DNA from: an uncultured Synergistaceae bacterium
GTDB lineage: Bacteria; Synergistota; Synergistia; Synergistales; Dethiosulfovibrionaceae
NCBI GenBank assembly: GCA_902489135.1
Contig: CABTYW010000001.1
Span: 6,734-70,733, forward strand
Direction: 5' to 3'
Length of the DNA stretch: 64,000 nucleotides
Shown: positions 47,766 to 57,038 of the stretch, piece after piece
How the letters are laid out: each line of letters begins with the position of its first letter
How positions within the stretch are numbered: position 1 is the stretch's first letter
The notes under the pieces: generated by a model
Seen by the model: only the letters and a program-made list of their open reading frames with translations
What the model was told of the DNA's origin: nothing
Databases searched by the model: none
Position numbers and translations under genes: made by a program

Positions 47766-48998
47766 TCAGCTTTTTTCGGCGCGATTTTTCGCGCCGGCAC
47801 CGGGCGGAACCTGCTTTTGTGCCGCTTCGAGGCGCTCATTGTAGTATCTGACAAAACCTTCCATGCCGGCTCGCACCTTGTCGATGGCCGCCGTATAGGC
47901 AATTCTGACGCGGTTTTCGATGCCGAAGGCGTCCCCGGGAACGACGGCGACCCCCTCGGCGTTCATAAGCCCCATGACGAAATCAAGGGGCCTCATCTTC
48001 AGCCTCTCAATGGACGGCAACACGTAAAAGGCCCCCTCGGGCGACGGAAAATCGGCGCCCGGACATCTTTTCAGCGCCTCCGTCACCGCGTCGCGGCGCT
48101 CTTTGAACTTCTCGACGCACGCTTCGGTAAAGCTTTCGCCCTCCATGAACGCCGCGGCGGCGCCGATCTGCGCGAAGGTGCAGGCGCAACTCGTCATCAT
48201 GTGATGCGCCTTCGTCAAAGCGGGCACGACCTGCTGGGGCCCATGGATAAAGCCCACGCGCCAGCCCGTCATGGCGAAGGCCTTCGAAGCCGAGCCGATG
48301 ACGACGGATTGTTCCGCGATCTCGGGATAATCCAGCGGCGAAACGTGTTCCCCGCCGTAAGTGATTTCCGAGTAGCATTCGTCGGCGGCCAGCCAGAGGT
48401 TTCTGCCTTTGACGAACTTCACCAGCCGATCCATGTCCTCGCGGCTGACCATGCAGCCCGACGGATTGTTGGGAGTGTTGAGAAGAATAATCCGCGTTCT
48501 CTCCGTGACGGCCGATTCCAGCCGTTCCATGTCCAAACCGTAGTGAGCGCCCAGCACGGCGGGGACCTCCACGGGCACGGCGCCGGCCAGAAACGCCTGA
48601 TCGCGGTAGGCCGGAAAACAGGGAGTCAGCAGCAGGATCTCGTCACCCACATCCGTCAGCGCCAGCATCATCGTCATCAGCGCCTCCTCGGCGCCGCAGG
48701 TGATCACCACCGTGTCGGGCTCCAGAGTATGACCTTTGCGCTGTCGGTGCGCGCAGACGGCGCGGCGGAGCTCCTCAAGACCGCGGGTGGGAGAGTAATG
48801 CGTTCTGTTTTCGTCCAGAGCCCGCTTGCAGGCATCCTTGGCCTTCGCGAAGGAATGGAAGTCGGGCTCGCCGATTTCCAGATGAAAGACCTCACGTCCC
48901 TCTCGCTCAAGAGCGACGCAGGCATCGGCAATGTCGCGAATGCCGCCCTGAAAGGAACACCGCGCAATGCGGCACGTTTTTTCATGCAATGGGTTCAT
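47766..48998 (-). CDS. PLP-dependent aminotransferase class I/II
   Basis: IGEPDF, NTPNNPSG, DECY, SASKAFAMTGWRVG (PLP Lys). Confidence 0.92.
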   Translation of the reverse strand: MNPLHEKTCRIARCSFQGGIRDIADACVALEREGREVFHLEIGEPDFHSFAKAKDACKRALDENRTHYSPTRGLEELRRAVCAHRQRKGHTLEPDTVVITCGAEEALMTMMLALTDVGDEILLLTPCFPAYRDQAFLAGAVPVEVPAVLGAHYGLDMERLESAVTERTRIILLNTPNNPSGCMVSREDMDRLVKFVKGRNLWLAADECYSEITYGGEHVSPLDYPEIAEQSVVIGSASKAFAMTGWRVGFIHGPQQVVPALTKAHHMMTSCACTFAQIGAAAAFMEGESFTEACVEKFKERRDAVTEALKRCPGADFPSPEGAFYVLPSIERLKMRPLDFVMGLMNAEGVAVVPGDAFGIENRVRIAYTAAIDKVRAGMEGFVRYYNERLEAAQKQVPPGAGAKNRAEKS

Positions 48999-49414
48999 GG
49001 CGATTTTTCCTTTCCCCGCTGCCGCGCCTTGTCCGCAAAAGCCGCGGCGGATTTTTGCGGCGGCGAAACGGCTCCTGCCACATCTCAAAAGCCTTCGCCG
49101 CCGTCATCCCGTCCTTTGCTCACCATCATGGTTCCATGAAGCTGTGCCCCGTAATAAAAATCGCCGTGCACATTGGAGCAATCGGGAACGCAACCATTGC
49201 CGGAGCTCCCCCAAGTCCGGGCCTGAAGCAGGTTGAAATTTCCTCATGAAAGGAAGCCTCGGCTGCCGGTCCCGATTGTCCATTTAAATCATCTCATATT
49301 TTTACAGAATAGAAAACATGTCGCGTCTCGAAAAAAATCTCCCGCCCCATGTTTGATCAATTCCTGCCGCATTCGTGCCGGAAATTGAACAAGCGGAAAG
49401 CCGCAATGACCAGT

Positions 49415-50170
49415 TTAGGCATACAGTCCCGCCGTTTCGCCGCCGTCGATGCGAATGTCGGCGCCGGTAAAATACCGGGCGTCGTCGCTGGCGAGGAATG
49501 CGTAAAGCGCCGCAATCTCCTCGGGCGTGGCGTGGCGTTTCATGGGAATGCCTTCGTTGACTTTGGCGAGCATCTCGTCGGTGTACTCGGCGCGCTGCAT
49601 GGGCGTCAGCACATAGCCCGGACAGATGCAGTTGACGCGCACGGCGGGCGCCAGTTCGAGCGCCAGTGTTTTGGTCAGCAGGATGACGCCGGCCTTGGAG
49701 GCGTTGTAATCGGCGTACCAGCGGTGCCCTTCGGTGCCGTTGGTGGATGCGGTCATTAAGATGACACCGTCGCCCTGAGCCTTCATACGGCGCCCTGCCT
49801 CTTTGGCGCACAAAAACATGCCGCCCAGGTTGATGTCCAGCACCTTTTTCCACTGAGCATAGGGGATGTCCAGCGCGTCGCAGCGCACGGAAATTCCCGC
49901 ATTGGAGATGAGCACGTCAATGCCGCCCAGCGTTTTGTCCATTTTGTCGAAAGCGGCTTTGACGTCCGCTTCGCACGAAACGTCGGCGGAAGAAAAACCT
50001 GCGAACTCGGGATGGGCGTTCTGCGTTTCTTCCAGGGCTTTTTTGTTGTAGTCCACAATAAACACTCGGGCGCCTTCCTGAGCGAAACGACGGGCCGTGG
50101 CCAAGCCGATGCCGCTGGCGGCCCCGGTGACCATAACGCGTTTACCCTTCAGCTCTTCATAGTGCGGCAT
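49415..50170 (-). CDS. SDR family NAD(P)-dependent oxidoreductase
   Basis: TGAASGIG, NAG, YNASK, VNCICPG; AAGGAGG RBS. Confidence 0.93.
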   Translation of the reverse strand: MPHYEELKGKRVMVTGAASGIGLATARRFAQEGARVFIVDYNKKALEETQNAHPEFAGFSSADVSCEADVKAAFDKMDKTLGGIDVLISNAGISVRCDALDIPYAQWKKVLDINLGGMFLCAKEAGRRMKAQGDGVILMTASTNGTEGHRWYADYNASKAGVILLTKTLALELAPAVRVNCICPGYVLTPMQRAEYTDEMLAKVNEGIPMKRHATPEEIAALYAFLASDDARYFTGADIRIDGGETAGLYA

Positions 50171-50254
50171 GTTGTCATTCCTCCTTGCAGGGATAATACG
50201 GCGCGGGCGGAACTCGCACCGCGTCGACAAAAACTTTCGAAGCGGCGTGCTTTT

Positions 50255-51373
50255 TCAGCATTCAATGCGCTGCATGCGGCTTTCGTTGTACCCCGTGACG
50301 ACTCTGACGTAACGACAGAACCGACGGTCAAGCTCTTCATCTCCCGTATCCACCAGCAGCGGTTTGGGGAACAGGGCGTCGAGTTTGGACGGCGTCGCGA
50401 TGATGGTGACGTTTTCGGGCCCGATTTTTTTCAGCACCTGTGGGCTGAGCTGCTGGTTGCCGCGGCCGAACACGTGTCCCTGGCCGCCGATGACGGTGAC
50501 GATGAGTGTCGTATTGTCCGGCTCCAAAAGGCCGAGGATCTGTTCTTCGGTGAGATCCCGTCCCACGATCTTTGCGTCTTTGACGGCGTCCACGCCCAGC
50601 AGAGTGCCTTGCAGCTTCAGCGCTTTAAGGACGCTCTGCGTCGTTGTCCCGGAGCCGATGAGATAGAGTCTGCCGGGTTTCATGTTTTCGGCGCACCAGG
50701 CGCCGATGGCGGACTGGGCGTAGGCGCTGGACGGAGCTCCCGCGGATTTGCGGTCCTGGAGACAGCCGCGGTCCAGGGGGACTTTCATGTAGCCGTAAAG
50801 TTTTGCTCTGACTCGCCCTTCGCGAAAGGCCTTTTCGTCAATATCCATCACTTCGGCCTCGGTATAATCGGCGACACCGCCGGTCAGAGCTTTGTGCAGC
50901 AGTTGTCCCGCTCTGGCCGGTGTGATGCCGTACACTGCCGAATGGATCTTCACGCCCGCCGGCACGCCGATGGCGGGGAGCTCTCTGCCGTTCAGCGCTT
51001 CGCAGATGTCTCGGGCCGTGCCGTCGCCGCCGGCGAAGAACAAAATCTGCGCTCCGGCGGCGGCCATGGCCCGCACGGCTTCTTTGGTGTCGTCACCGTC
51101 GGAGTCGGCCTTGGGCACGAAAACCACCCGACAGGCAAGTTTCCGATCTTTCAGGAGGTCTTCTCCCATTTGGCCGCCGCAGGTCAGAAATTGGGTGCCG
51201 TCGGGAACGGGCGAAGCGGCGTCAAGCGCCTGTGCCATGCGTGCCGCGGCGTGGGGGACGGCTCCCAGGCGGCGGGCACGGGCCAGAGTTTCCGCTCCGT
51301 CGGTGCCTTTCAGCGCCACGGAACCGCCCATGCCGGCCACGGGATTGATCAGAAAACCTACGCGAAGGCTCAT
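50255..51373 (-). CDS. ATP-NAD kinase family (AcoX-like) protein
   Basis: INPVAGMGGSVALKGTDG, GGDGTARD, GVKIHSAVY, IGGQGHVFGRGNQQ. Confidence 0.87.
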   Translation of the reverse strand: MSLRVGFLINPVAGMGGSVALKGTDGAETLARARRLGAVPHAAARMAQALDAASPVPDGTQFLTCGGQMGEDLLKDRKLACRVVFVPKADSDGDDTKEAVRAMAAAGAQILFFAGGDGTARDICEALNGRELPAIGVPAGVKIHSAVYGITPARAGQLLHKALTGGVADYTEAEVMDIDEKAFREGRVRAKLYGYMKVPLDRGCLQDRKSAGAPSSAYAQSAIGAWCAENMKPGRLYLIGSGTTTQSVLKALKLQGTLLGVDAVKDAKIVGRDLTEEQILGLLEPDNTTLIVTVIGGQGHVFGRGNQQLSPQVLKKIGPENVTIIATPSKLDALFPKPLLVDTGDEELDRRFCRYVRVVTGYNESRMQRIEC

Positions 51374-52963
51374 TTATTTCTGCCTTGGGCGAAAATATCC
51401 TGTGTACTTCTGACGGTAATTGCGCCACGACAGAACCCATTTTTCGGGATCGTCAAAATAATCGTGGCTGATGTGGTGTACGGTACTGTTCAGCGGAGCG
51501 TTGCGGATCACGTCGGGCTGTTCGTAACACTCTCTGGCGATGGACGCAAGAATTTCGCAGTAGGTGTCCAAGTCGCGTTTGCTGTAGGATTCGCTGGGTT
51601 CGATGGTAAAGGGTTCGGGGATAATCCAGGGCTCGTGGCTTGACCAGTAGTGAGTGCCGTAATCGGGGATACGGCGGGAGAAATCGGCGGTGCCGAAGCC
51701 TGTGTCGGCTTTGAGCTTTTCCCAGCTGTAGCGGACCTGCTCGATGCGGGGTGCGTGGTCGGGGAAGCACATGGACGCGCCTTTGATGGCGAGAATTTTC
51801 TTCATGCAGTAGTTGTTGTTCAGAATGGCCACGCGGCTCACTTCGCGCAGGCCTTCGGCGCCGAGGCTCATGATCCACGCGTAGGCGCGCACCGCCACGG
51901 GGGCAACGCCCCAGAAGGATTTGACTTTGCCGCAGCTGTGGGACAGATTGAAATCCAGGAAGTAGCCCTTCTTTTCATCGTATTCCACCAACGGCACGGG
52001 CATATAGCCTCGCAGCTCTTTGCGACAGGTCAGCATGCCCACGGCGGGGCCGCCGCAACCGTGGGGCGACGAGAAGGTCTTGTGAAGGTTGAAGAAGGAC
52101 ATGTCGAAGCCCGCTTCCACGGTGCGGGTGATGCCCAGCAGGCCGTTGGCGTTGGCTTGGTCGTAGCAGCACAGCACGCCGTCTTCGTGAGCCAGGCGGG
52201 TAAACTCGGCGATGCGGCGGTTGAAAATTCCCGTGTCCTCGGGATTGGTCATGAAGATGGCGGCCACTTTGCCGCTCTTCAGAGCCGCTTTGTAGGCCTC
52301 GATGTCGGGCAGTCCCTCGCGGTCGGGGGGAAGCACAATGACTTTGTAGCCTTTGACGATGGGGCACGCCGCGTCGGAGGGATGGGAGAAAAAGGTGGTA
52401 ATCACGGTGTCGCGGTCGGGTTCGCCCTTGGCCTCCCAGTAGGCGCGGACCATGCTGGCCATGGCGAGAATGCCCTGTGTGCCGCCGCCGGGCTGGATGC
52501 TGCTGCAGTCCAGGCCGGAAATCTCTTTGAGCAGTTCGCCCAGGCGGTAAATCACTTCCAAAATTCCCTGGGCGGTGCCGTCGGGCTGCAAGGGGTGCAT
52601 GTCCGCCACTTTGGGACAGCCGGCAAGGCGGTCGTTGACCTTGGGGCTGTACTTCATGGTGCAGGTTCCCTGGCCGATGTCGATGTTGCTGTCAACGCCG
52701 AGATTTTCCTGCGCCAGGTGATTGAAATGGCGCGCCAGCTGGGGCTGTCCGATTTCAGGAAGGTCGGGAGCCTCGGCACGTCTCATGCACCGGGGAAGAT
52801 GGGAGAGGCCGTCGCCCGCCAGAGCCGCCTCTTCAGGGGAAAGTTGCGGCGGAAGCACGCCGCGTTCGCCTTTGACGCTGAGCTCGTAAATAATCGGTTC
52901 GTTCCAGCTGGCCTGATGAAAACGGCTCAGCCGTGTGTCTCTCTCCGTCGCGATTTTATCCAT
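51374..52963 (-). CDS. Divergent glycine decarboxylase P-protein beta subunit paralog (GcvPB-like)
   Basis: GTCTMKYSP, NLHKTFSSPHGCGGP (PLP Lys), IEPSESY; substrate-loop motifs differ from canonical. Confidence 0.88.
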   Translation of the reverse strand: MDKIATERDTRLSRFHQASWNEPIIYELSVKGERGVLPPQLSPEEAALAGDGLSHLPRCMRRAEAPDLPEIGQPQLARHFNHLAQENLGVDSNIDIGQGTCTMKYSPKVNDRLAGCPKVADMHPLQPDGTAQGILEVIYRLGELLKEISGLDCSSIQPGGGTQGILAMASMVRAYWEAKGEPDRDTVITTFFSHPSDAACPIVKGYKVIVLPPDREGLPDIEAYKAALKSGKVAAIFMTNPEDTGIFNRRIAEFTRLAHEDGVLCCYDQANANGLLGITRTVEAGFDMSFFNLHKTFSSPHGCGGPAVGMLTCRKELRGYMPVPLVEYDEKKGYFLDFNLSHSCGKVKSFWGVAPVAVRAYAWIMSLGAEGLREVSRVAILNNNYCMKKILAIKGASMCFPDHAPRIEQVRYSWEKLKADTGFGTADFSRRIPDYGTHYWSSHEPWIIPEPFTIEPSESYSKRDLDTYCEILASIARECYEQPDVIRNAPLNSTVHHISHDYFDDPEKWVLSWRNYRQKYTGYFRPRQK

Positions 52964-52987
52964 AATGAATGCTCTCCTTTCCGATGA

Positions 52988-54370
52988 TTAAGCGAGGATT
53001 TCTTTCAGCGCCTCAACAAGGCGATCCATGTCCTCCGGCGTGGTGCGCTCGGTGACGCATACAAGCTCGCACTCCCCCAGCTCGGGGTAGTCGGCCGTCA
53101 AATCGAACCCGCCGAGAATGTCCTTTTTCAGCAGAGCGGCATTGACTTCGGCAGCCGTCGTCTTCTCAAAGCGCAGGACAAACTCATGGAACGTCGCGCC
53201 GGTCATGGGGCACACCGTCAGTCCGGGAACGGCCGACAGCTTGCGGCGGAGCAGGGCGCAGCGCTGGAGAAGCGTGTTTCCCAGTTCCTGCATTCCTTTG
53301 GGGCCGAGGCTGGCCAGGTAGACGGCCGCGCCGATGCTCCAAAGCGCCGCGTGAGTGCCGACGAACTCTTTGGCGTGGTCGCGCACGGCAAAGGAAGTAC
53401 GCTCCCACAGCACGTCGCCGAAGCCCCACTCGCCGTGGCTGGTGGGTGCAAGACCGAAAAGTCTGGAAGGATACTGGCGGACCAATTCGGGACGGTCTTT
53501 GACGGCAATATAGCCGCCAACGCCGCCGCCGTAATTCATATGAATGCCCAGCCCCTGAATGTCGCCGCAGGCAAGGTCGGCGCCATACTGGAAGGGAGGT
53601 TTCATGACTCCCAGAGTCACCGGTTCGGCATAGACGATGAACAGAGCGCCGGCGTCGTGCGCCATCTGAGCGATCTGAGCGGCTTCTTCCTCGACAATGC
53701 CGAAGAAATTGGGGTTCATGACCATGACGGCGGCCACCTTGTTGTTGAGTTTGGACTTCAAATCGTCCATGCACAGACGGCCGGTGCGGGCGTCATACTT
53801 GACGGTGGTCACCTTGACATCGGGATGAAGATAGGTCTTGACGACCTGCGCCACGTCGGGATTGAGCGTAGCGGGAATCAGCACCTCGTCGCGCTCCGTC
53901 ACGCGAGTGGCCATGCGCAGCGCCGTGCCGGCGGCCTGCGAGCCGTCATAGTTGGGCACGTTGACCACTTCGCAGTCAAGCAGCTCGGCCATCATGCTTT
54001 CGTATTCAAAGCAGGCCTGAAAACGTCCGTGATCCTCATAGGGTTCGCCGGCGTAGGCCGACAGGAATTCCGAACGGTTGATCACTTCGTCAACCAGAGC
54101 CGGAACGTAGTGATTATAGCAACCGGCGCCTAAAAAACCGGTCATTTCGGCAGCCGTTTTATTCTTGTTCAAAATGGATGAAACGTGGCGCACCAGGTCA
54201 CATTCCGCCTCGTAGGGTTCGGGAAGTTTCAGGGGTTTTTTCATGAGCAGCTCTTTGGGAATGTTCTGATGAATGAGATCGTCCACGGAACCGACGCCGA
54301 TAAACTTCAGCATTTCCTCCTGAATTGCAGGATCCGAGTTTGGAATATAGGGGTAATTTCTTTTAGACAT
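52988..54370 (-). CDS. Divergent glycine decarboxylase P-protein alpha subunit paralog (GcvPA-like)
   Basis: YPYIPN...EML, FLGAGCYNHYVPA, YDG, PNFFG, CVTE; canonical TPYQPE and TSNICT motifs replaced. Confidence 0.88.
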   Translation of the reverse strand: MSKRNYPYIPNSDPAIQEEMLKFIGVGSVDDLIHQNIPKELLMKKPLKLPEPYEAECDLVRHVSSILNKNKTAAEMTGFLGAGCYNHYVPALVDEVINRSEFLSAYAGEPYEDHGRFQACFEYESMMAELLDCEVVNVPNYDGSQAAGTALRMATRVTERDEVLIPATLNPDVAQVVKTYLHPDVKVTTVKYDARTGRLCMDDLKSKLNNKVAAVMVMNPNFFGIVEEEAAQIAQMAHDAGALFIVYAEPVTLGVMKPPFQYGADLACGDIQGLGIHMNYGGGVGGYIAVKDRPELVRQYPSRLFGLAPTSHGEWGFGDVLWERTSFAVRDHAKEFVGTHAALWSIGAAVYLASLGPKGMQELGNTLLQRCALLRRKLSAVPGLTVCPMTGATFHEFVLRFEKTTAAEVNAALLKKDILGGFDLTADYPELGECELVCVTERTTPEDMDRLVEALKEILA

Positions 54371-54432
54371 TCTGCCAGCCTCCTCTGAACATTATGGAAC
54401 CTGCCGCACTGCGCAGGGTTATTTTCCGCACA

Positions 54433-55215
54433 TTAAGCGATGCCGCCGCCGTCGACGACCAGCGCCGATCCCGTCACCCAGGGAGACATGTCGCTGCACA
54501 GGAAAAACACGCACATGGCCACGTCCTGGGGCGTGCCGAGACGGGCGATGGGACGCACCGCGCATGACGCTTTAAAGGCCGAGTCGTAGGTGCCGCCCAG
54601 CTGCTCGCACTCGCTCTTCAGCATGGGCGTGTCGCTGTCGCCGGGGCAAACGCAGTTCACGTTGATGTTATGGGGGCCGCAGTCGATGGCCAGAGCGCGG
54701 GTCATGTTCCACACGCCGCCTTTGGAAGCGCAGTACGCCACGGCGTTGTCGCCGCCTTTGAGCGCCCAGCCCGAACCGATGTTGACGATTTTGCCGTGTC
54801 CCTGTTTTTTCATGTAGGGAACCACGTTATGGCACATGAGATAGACGCTTTTCAGCGTCACGTTGAGTACAAGATCCCAGTCCTTTTCCTCGAGGTCTTC
54901 CACGGGGCGGCGGCGCGTGGCGCCGGCACAATTGACCAGACAGTCGATGCTGCCCCAGCGCTGAAAGGCCGCTTCGGCAACGGCGGCACAGTCCGCCTGG
55001 CTGGTCACGTTGCACTTCATAAAAACGGCGTCGCCGCCGGAAGCGCGAATTTCCTCGGCCACTTTTTGTCCGCCCTGCTCGTTGATGTCAAGGAGCATCA
55101 CCTTGACGCCGGCATCGGCGAAAAATTTTGCGATGCCCGCGCCCAACCCCGAGGCCGCGCCGGTGACCATGGCGTTTTTGCCCTGCATGCCGCAAAGCTC
55201 GTTAAGATCCAACAT
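54433..55215 (-). CDS. SDR family NAD(P)-dependent oxidoreductase
   Basis: TGAASGLG, NCAG, YCASK, VNCVCPG, VDGG; AAGGGAG RBS. Confidence 0.93.
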   Translation of the reverse strand: MLDLNELCGMQGKNAMVTGAASGLGAGIAKFFADAGVKVMLLDINEQGGQKVAEEIRASGGDAVFMKCNVTSQADCAAVAEAAFQRWGSIDCLVNCAGATRRRPVEDLEEKDWDLVLNVTLKSVYLMCHNVVPYMKKQGHGKIVNIGSGWALKGGDNAVAYCASKGGVWNMTRALAIDCGPHNINVNCVCPGDSDTPMLKSECEQLGGTYDSAFKASCAVRPIARLGTPQDVAMCVFFLCSDMSPWVTGSALVVDGGGIA

Positions 55216-55244
55216 CTCACAGTTCTCCCTTCAATTGCATTATA

Positions 55245-55388
55245 AAGTATACAATATTATCACGACTTTCAGACTGTCCTGCAAAGGCACGGCAAAAAAC
55301 GATCGTCCATTTATTCAACTGCGATTGCAGGATTTCATCCGAAATTTCCCTTTCTATTGCAGGAGGTGATTTTCAATATTGCATACAA
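55245..55388. promoter_or_regulatory. Two TTGTATACAA-like operator candidates (AAGTATACAA 55245-55254; TTGCATACAA 55379-55388)
   Basis: Near-palindromes downstream of the promoter, resembling GntR/FadR-type operators. Confidence 0.5.
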
Positions 55389-55399
55389 ACGTTAAAGTG

Positions 55400-55428
55400 A
55401 GTATATAAAATTTTAGAACGACTGTCAA
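55400..55428 (-). promoter_or_regulatory. Sigma70 promoter of the SDR-gcvPA'-gcvPB' operon
   Basis: Minus strand TTGACA-17 bp-TATACT. Confidence 0.8.
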
Positions 55429-55518
55429 TGTGTTTTTTTAATTTTTCCCCTTCCGCAAAGACGACGGTCCCTTCTCTGAGAGAAATCGCTCAAAAAGTGC
55501 CCCCCCCTCCACCGAGAT

Positions 55519-55551
55519 AAAAAAATCCCCGAGGGAGATCTCCCTCGGGGA
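55519..55551 (-). terminator. Terminator after class IV aminotransferase gene
   Basis: Perfect 26-bp palindrome TCCCCGAGGGAGATCTCCCTCGGGGA with T run on minus strand. Confidence 0.8.
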
Positions 55552-55633
55552 ATTTCGGCGGTCGCGCCGAACTGTGCGGTTCCGTGAGCCCAGACAGCGC
55601 TGTCATGCCCTCCGGCTCCGTCTCAAGGCGTTT

Positions 55634-56488
55634 CTATTCCGTGGCTTCGTAGAACTCTTCCACCAGATGTTTTCTCAGGTCTTCGACCATTTCCCGCGCC
55701 CTGCCGCCCATGGGCTTTCCGTCCACGCTCTCGGCGCGGAGGCACGGGTTGCTTGAGCTGGTGACCAGCACTTCCTGGGCCGACAGGAGGTCGTCAAGAT
55801 AATAGGGAGTCTCGCTCACGGGATAGCCGAGTTTTTTGCACATGCGGATCAGGTGAGCCCGCGCGATGCCCGGCAAAATCATCTCATCGGCGGGCGCCGT
55901 GTAAAGAACGTTGTCTCTGATGATGTGGCAGTTGCTGTGGGCACACTCGGTGACGCGCTTTCCCAGAGGCGTTCTGCGCCAGAAAATATGTTCATCGGCG
56001 CCGGCGCGCTTTGCCCGCTGAGCCGCCATCACGGAAGGCAACAGATTGAGGGTTTTGATGTTGCAGTAGAAGAACCGAAGGTCTTCCCCCGTAATGAGCT
56101 TGATGGGCTCAGTGCCCTCGTTGAGCTTGGCGGGCTTCAGCATGACCCAGACATGTCCCGGCACGTCGGGATCATAGTCGTGGTTGCGAAGCGACAGACC
56201 GCCGCGCGTCACCTGAAAGTAGACGAAAATGTCTCCGCTGTCCAGCTTCTTCACCAGATCGTTCAGGAGATCCTTAAGCTCCGGCTTCTGCATGGGGATG
56301 GGAATTCCCAGCAGTGAGGCGCTGTTGAAAAATCGGTCGATGTGCTCGTCGATGGCAAAGATACGGTAGTTATGGCATGACGTTGCATCATAGGCTCCAT
56401 CGCCGAACCAGTGAACGCGGTCGTTCATCGGCACGGTCATCTCGTCCAAAGTTCCGTAGTTCCCGTTGTACCAGCCTAAAGTTTGCAT
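55634..56488 (-). CDS. Aminotransferase class IV (D-amino acid aminotransferase-like)
   Basis: DRVHWFGDGAYD, YFQVTRG, IKTLNLL (PLP Lys), VTECAHSN, ILPGIAR. Confidence 0.88.
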   Translation of the reverse strand: MQTLGWYNGNYGTLDEMTVPMNDRVHWFGDGAYDATSCHNYRIFAIDEHIDRFFNSASLLGIPIPMQKPELKDLLNDLVKKLDSGDIFVYFQVTRGGLSLRNHDYDPDVPGHVWVMLKPAKLNEGTEPIKLITGEDLRFFYCNIKTLNLLPSVMAAQRAKRAGADEHIFWRRTPLGKRVTECAHSNCHIIRDNVLYTAPADEMILPGIARAHLIRMCKKLGYPVSETPYYLDDLLSAQEVLVTSSSNPCLRAESVDGKPMGGRAREMVEDLRKHLVEEFYEATE

Positions 56489-57038
56489 CAGTTCACCCTC
56501 CACGCACAATTTACTTTATCATGTCTTCCGTGACGAACTGCCACGGCCGTCGTTCAGGAACGGCGTCCGCCCGGGTTTTTTTCCGGAAAGCGCCTGAAGC
56601 GCGCCCTGCGCTTTCTTCCCGGTGGAAACGCCGCGCGGTTTTGCAGACCGGGTTTCTCGCATCGGCAAAAAGAGATACTTTTTTATTATAACTCTTTTTC
56701 GCCAAAAAGTCTGAACAATCATTTAATTCGGCTTTTTAAATTTGCCTTGGGCAAAACTGTAAACCTCAACCGTCGCTTGAACAGGAAAATTACCATTGAA
56801 TTTCGTCGGAACGGGGTATTTTTTTCTCGCAGGGATGGATTTTTCATTCTTTTGAACACTTCAAACGTGGGCTGCATGCCCGGTCGGCACATGAAAGACC
56901 CTGTTTTTCCCATTTCTCTCCGGGGACCATCGGGTGTATAATAAATCAAATAAGTTTCATATTTCAGGCGGGACACCGCCGAAATCGACCTCTCCGTTTT
57001 CGGCATACCGCCGCACAGGAACAGGGGGAGATCCCAAT

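Noticed and set aside
55216..55440. Possible glycine riboswitch before the GcvP-like operon
   Set aside because: No GGAGA...CCGAAG...CTCTCAGG aptamer is visible; a plain promoter/operator explains the region.
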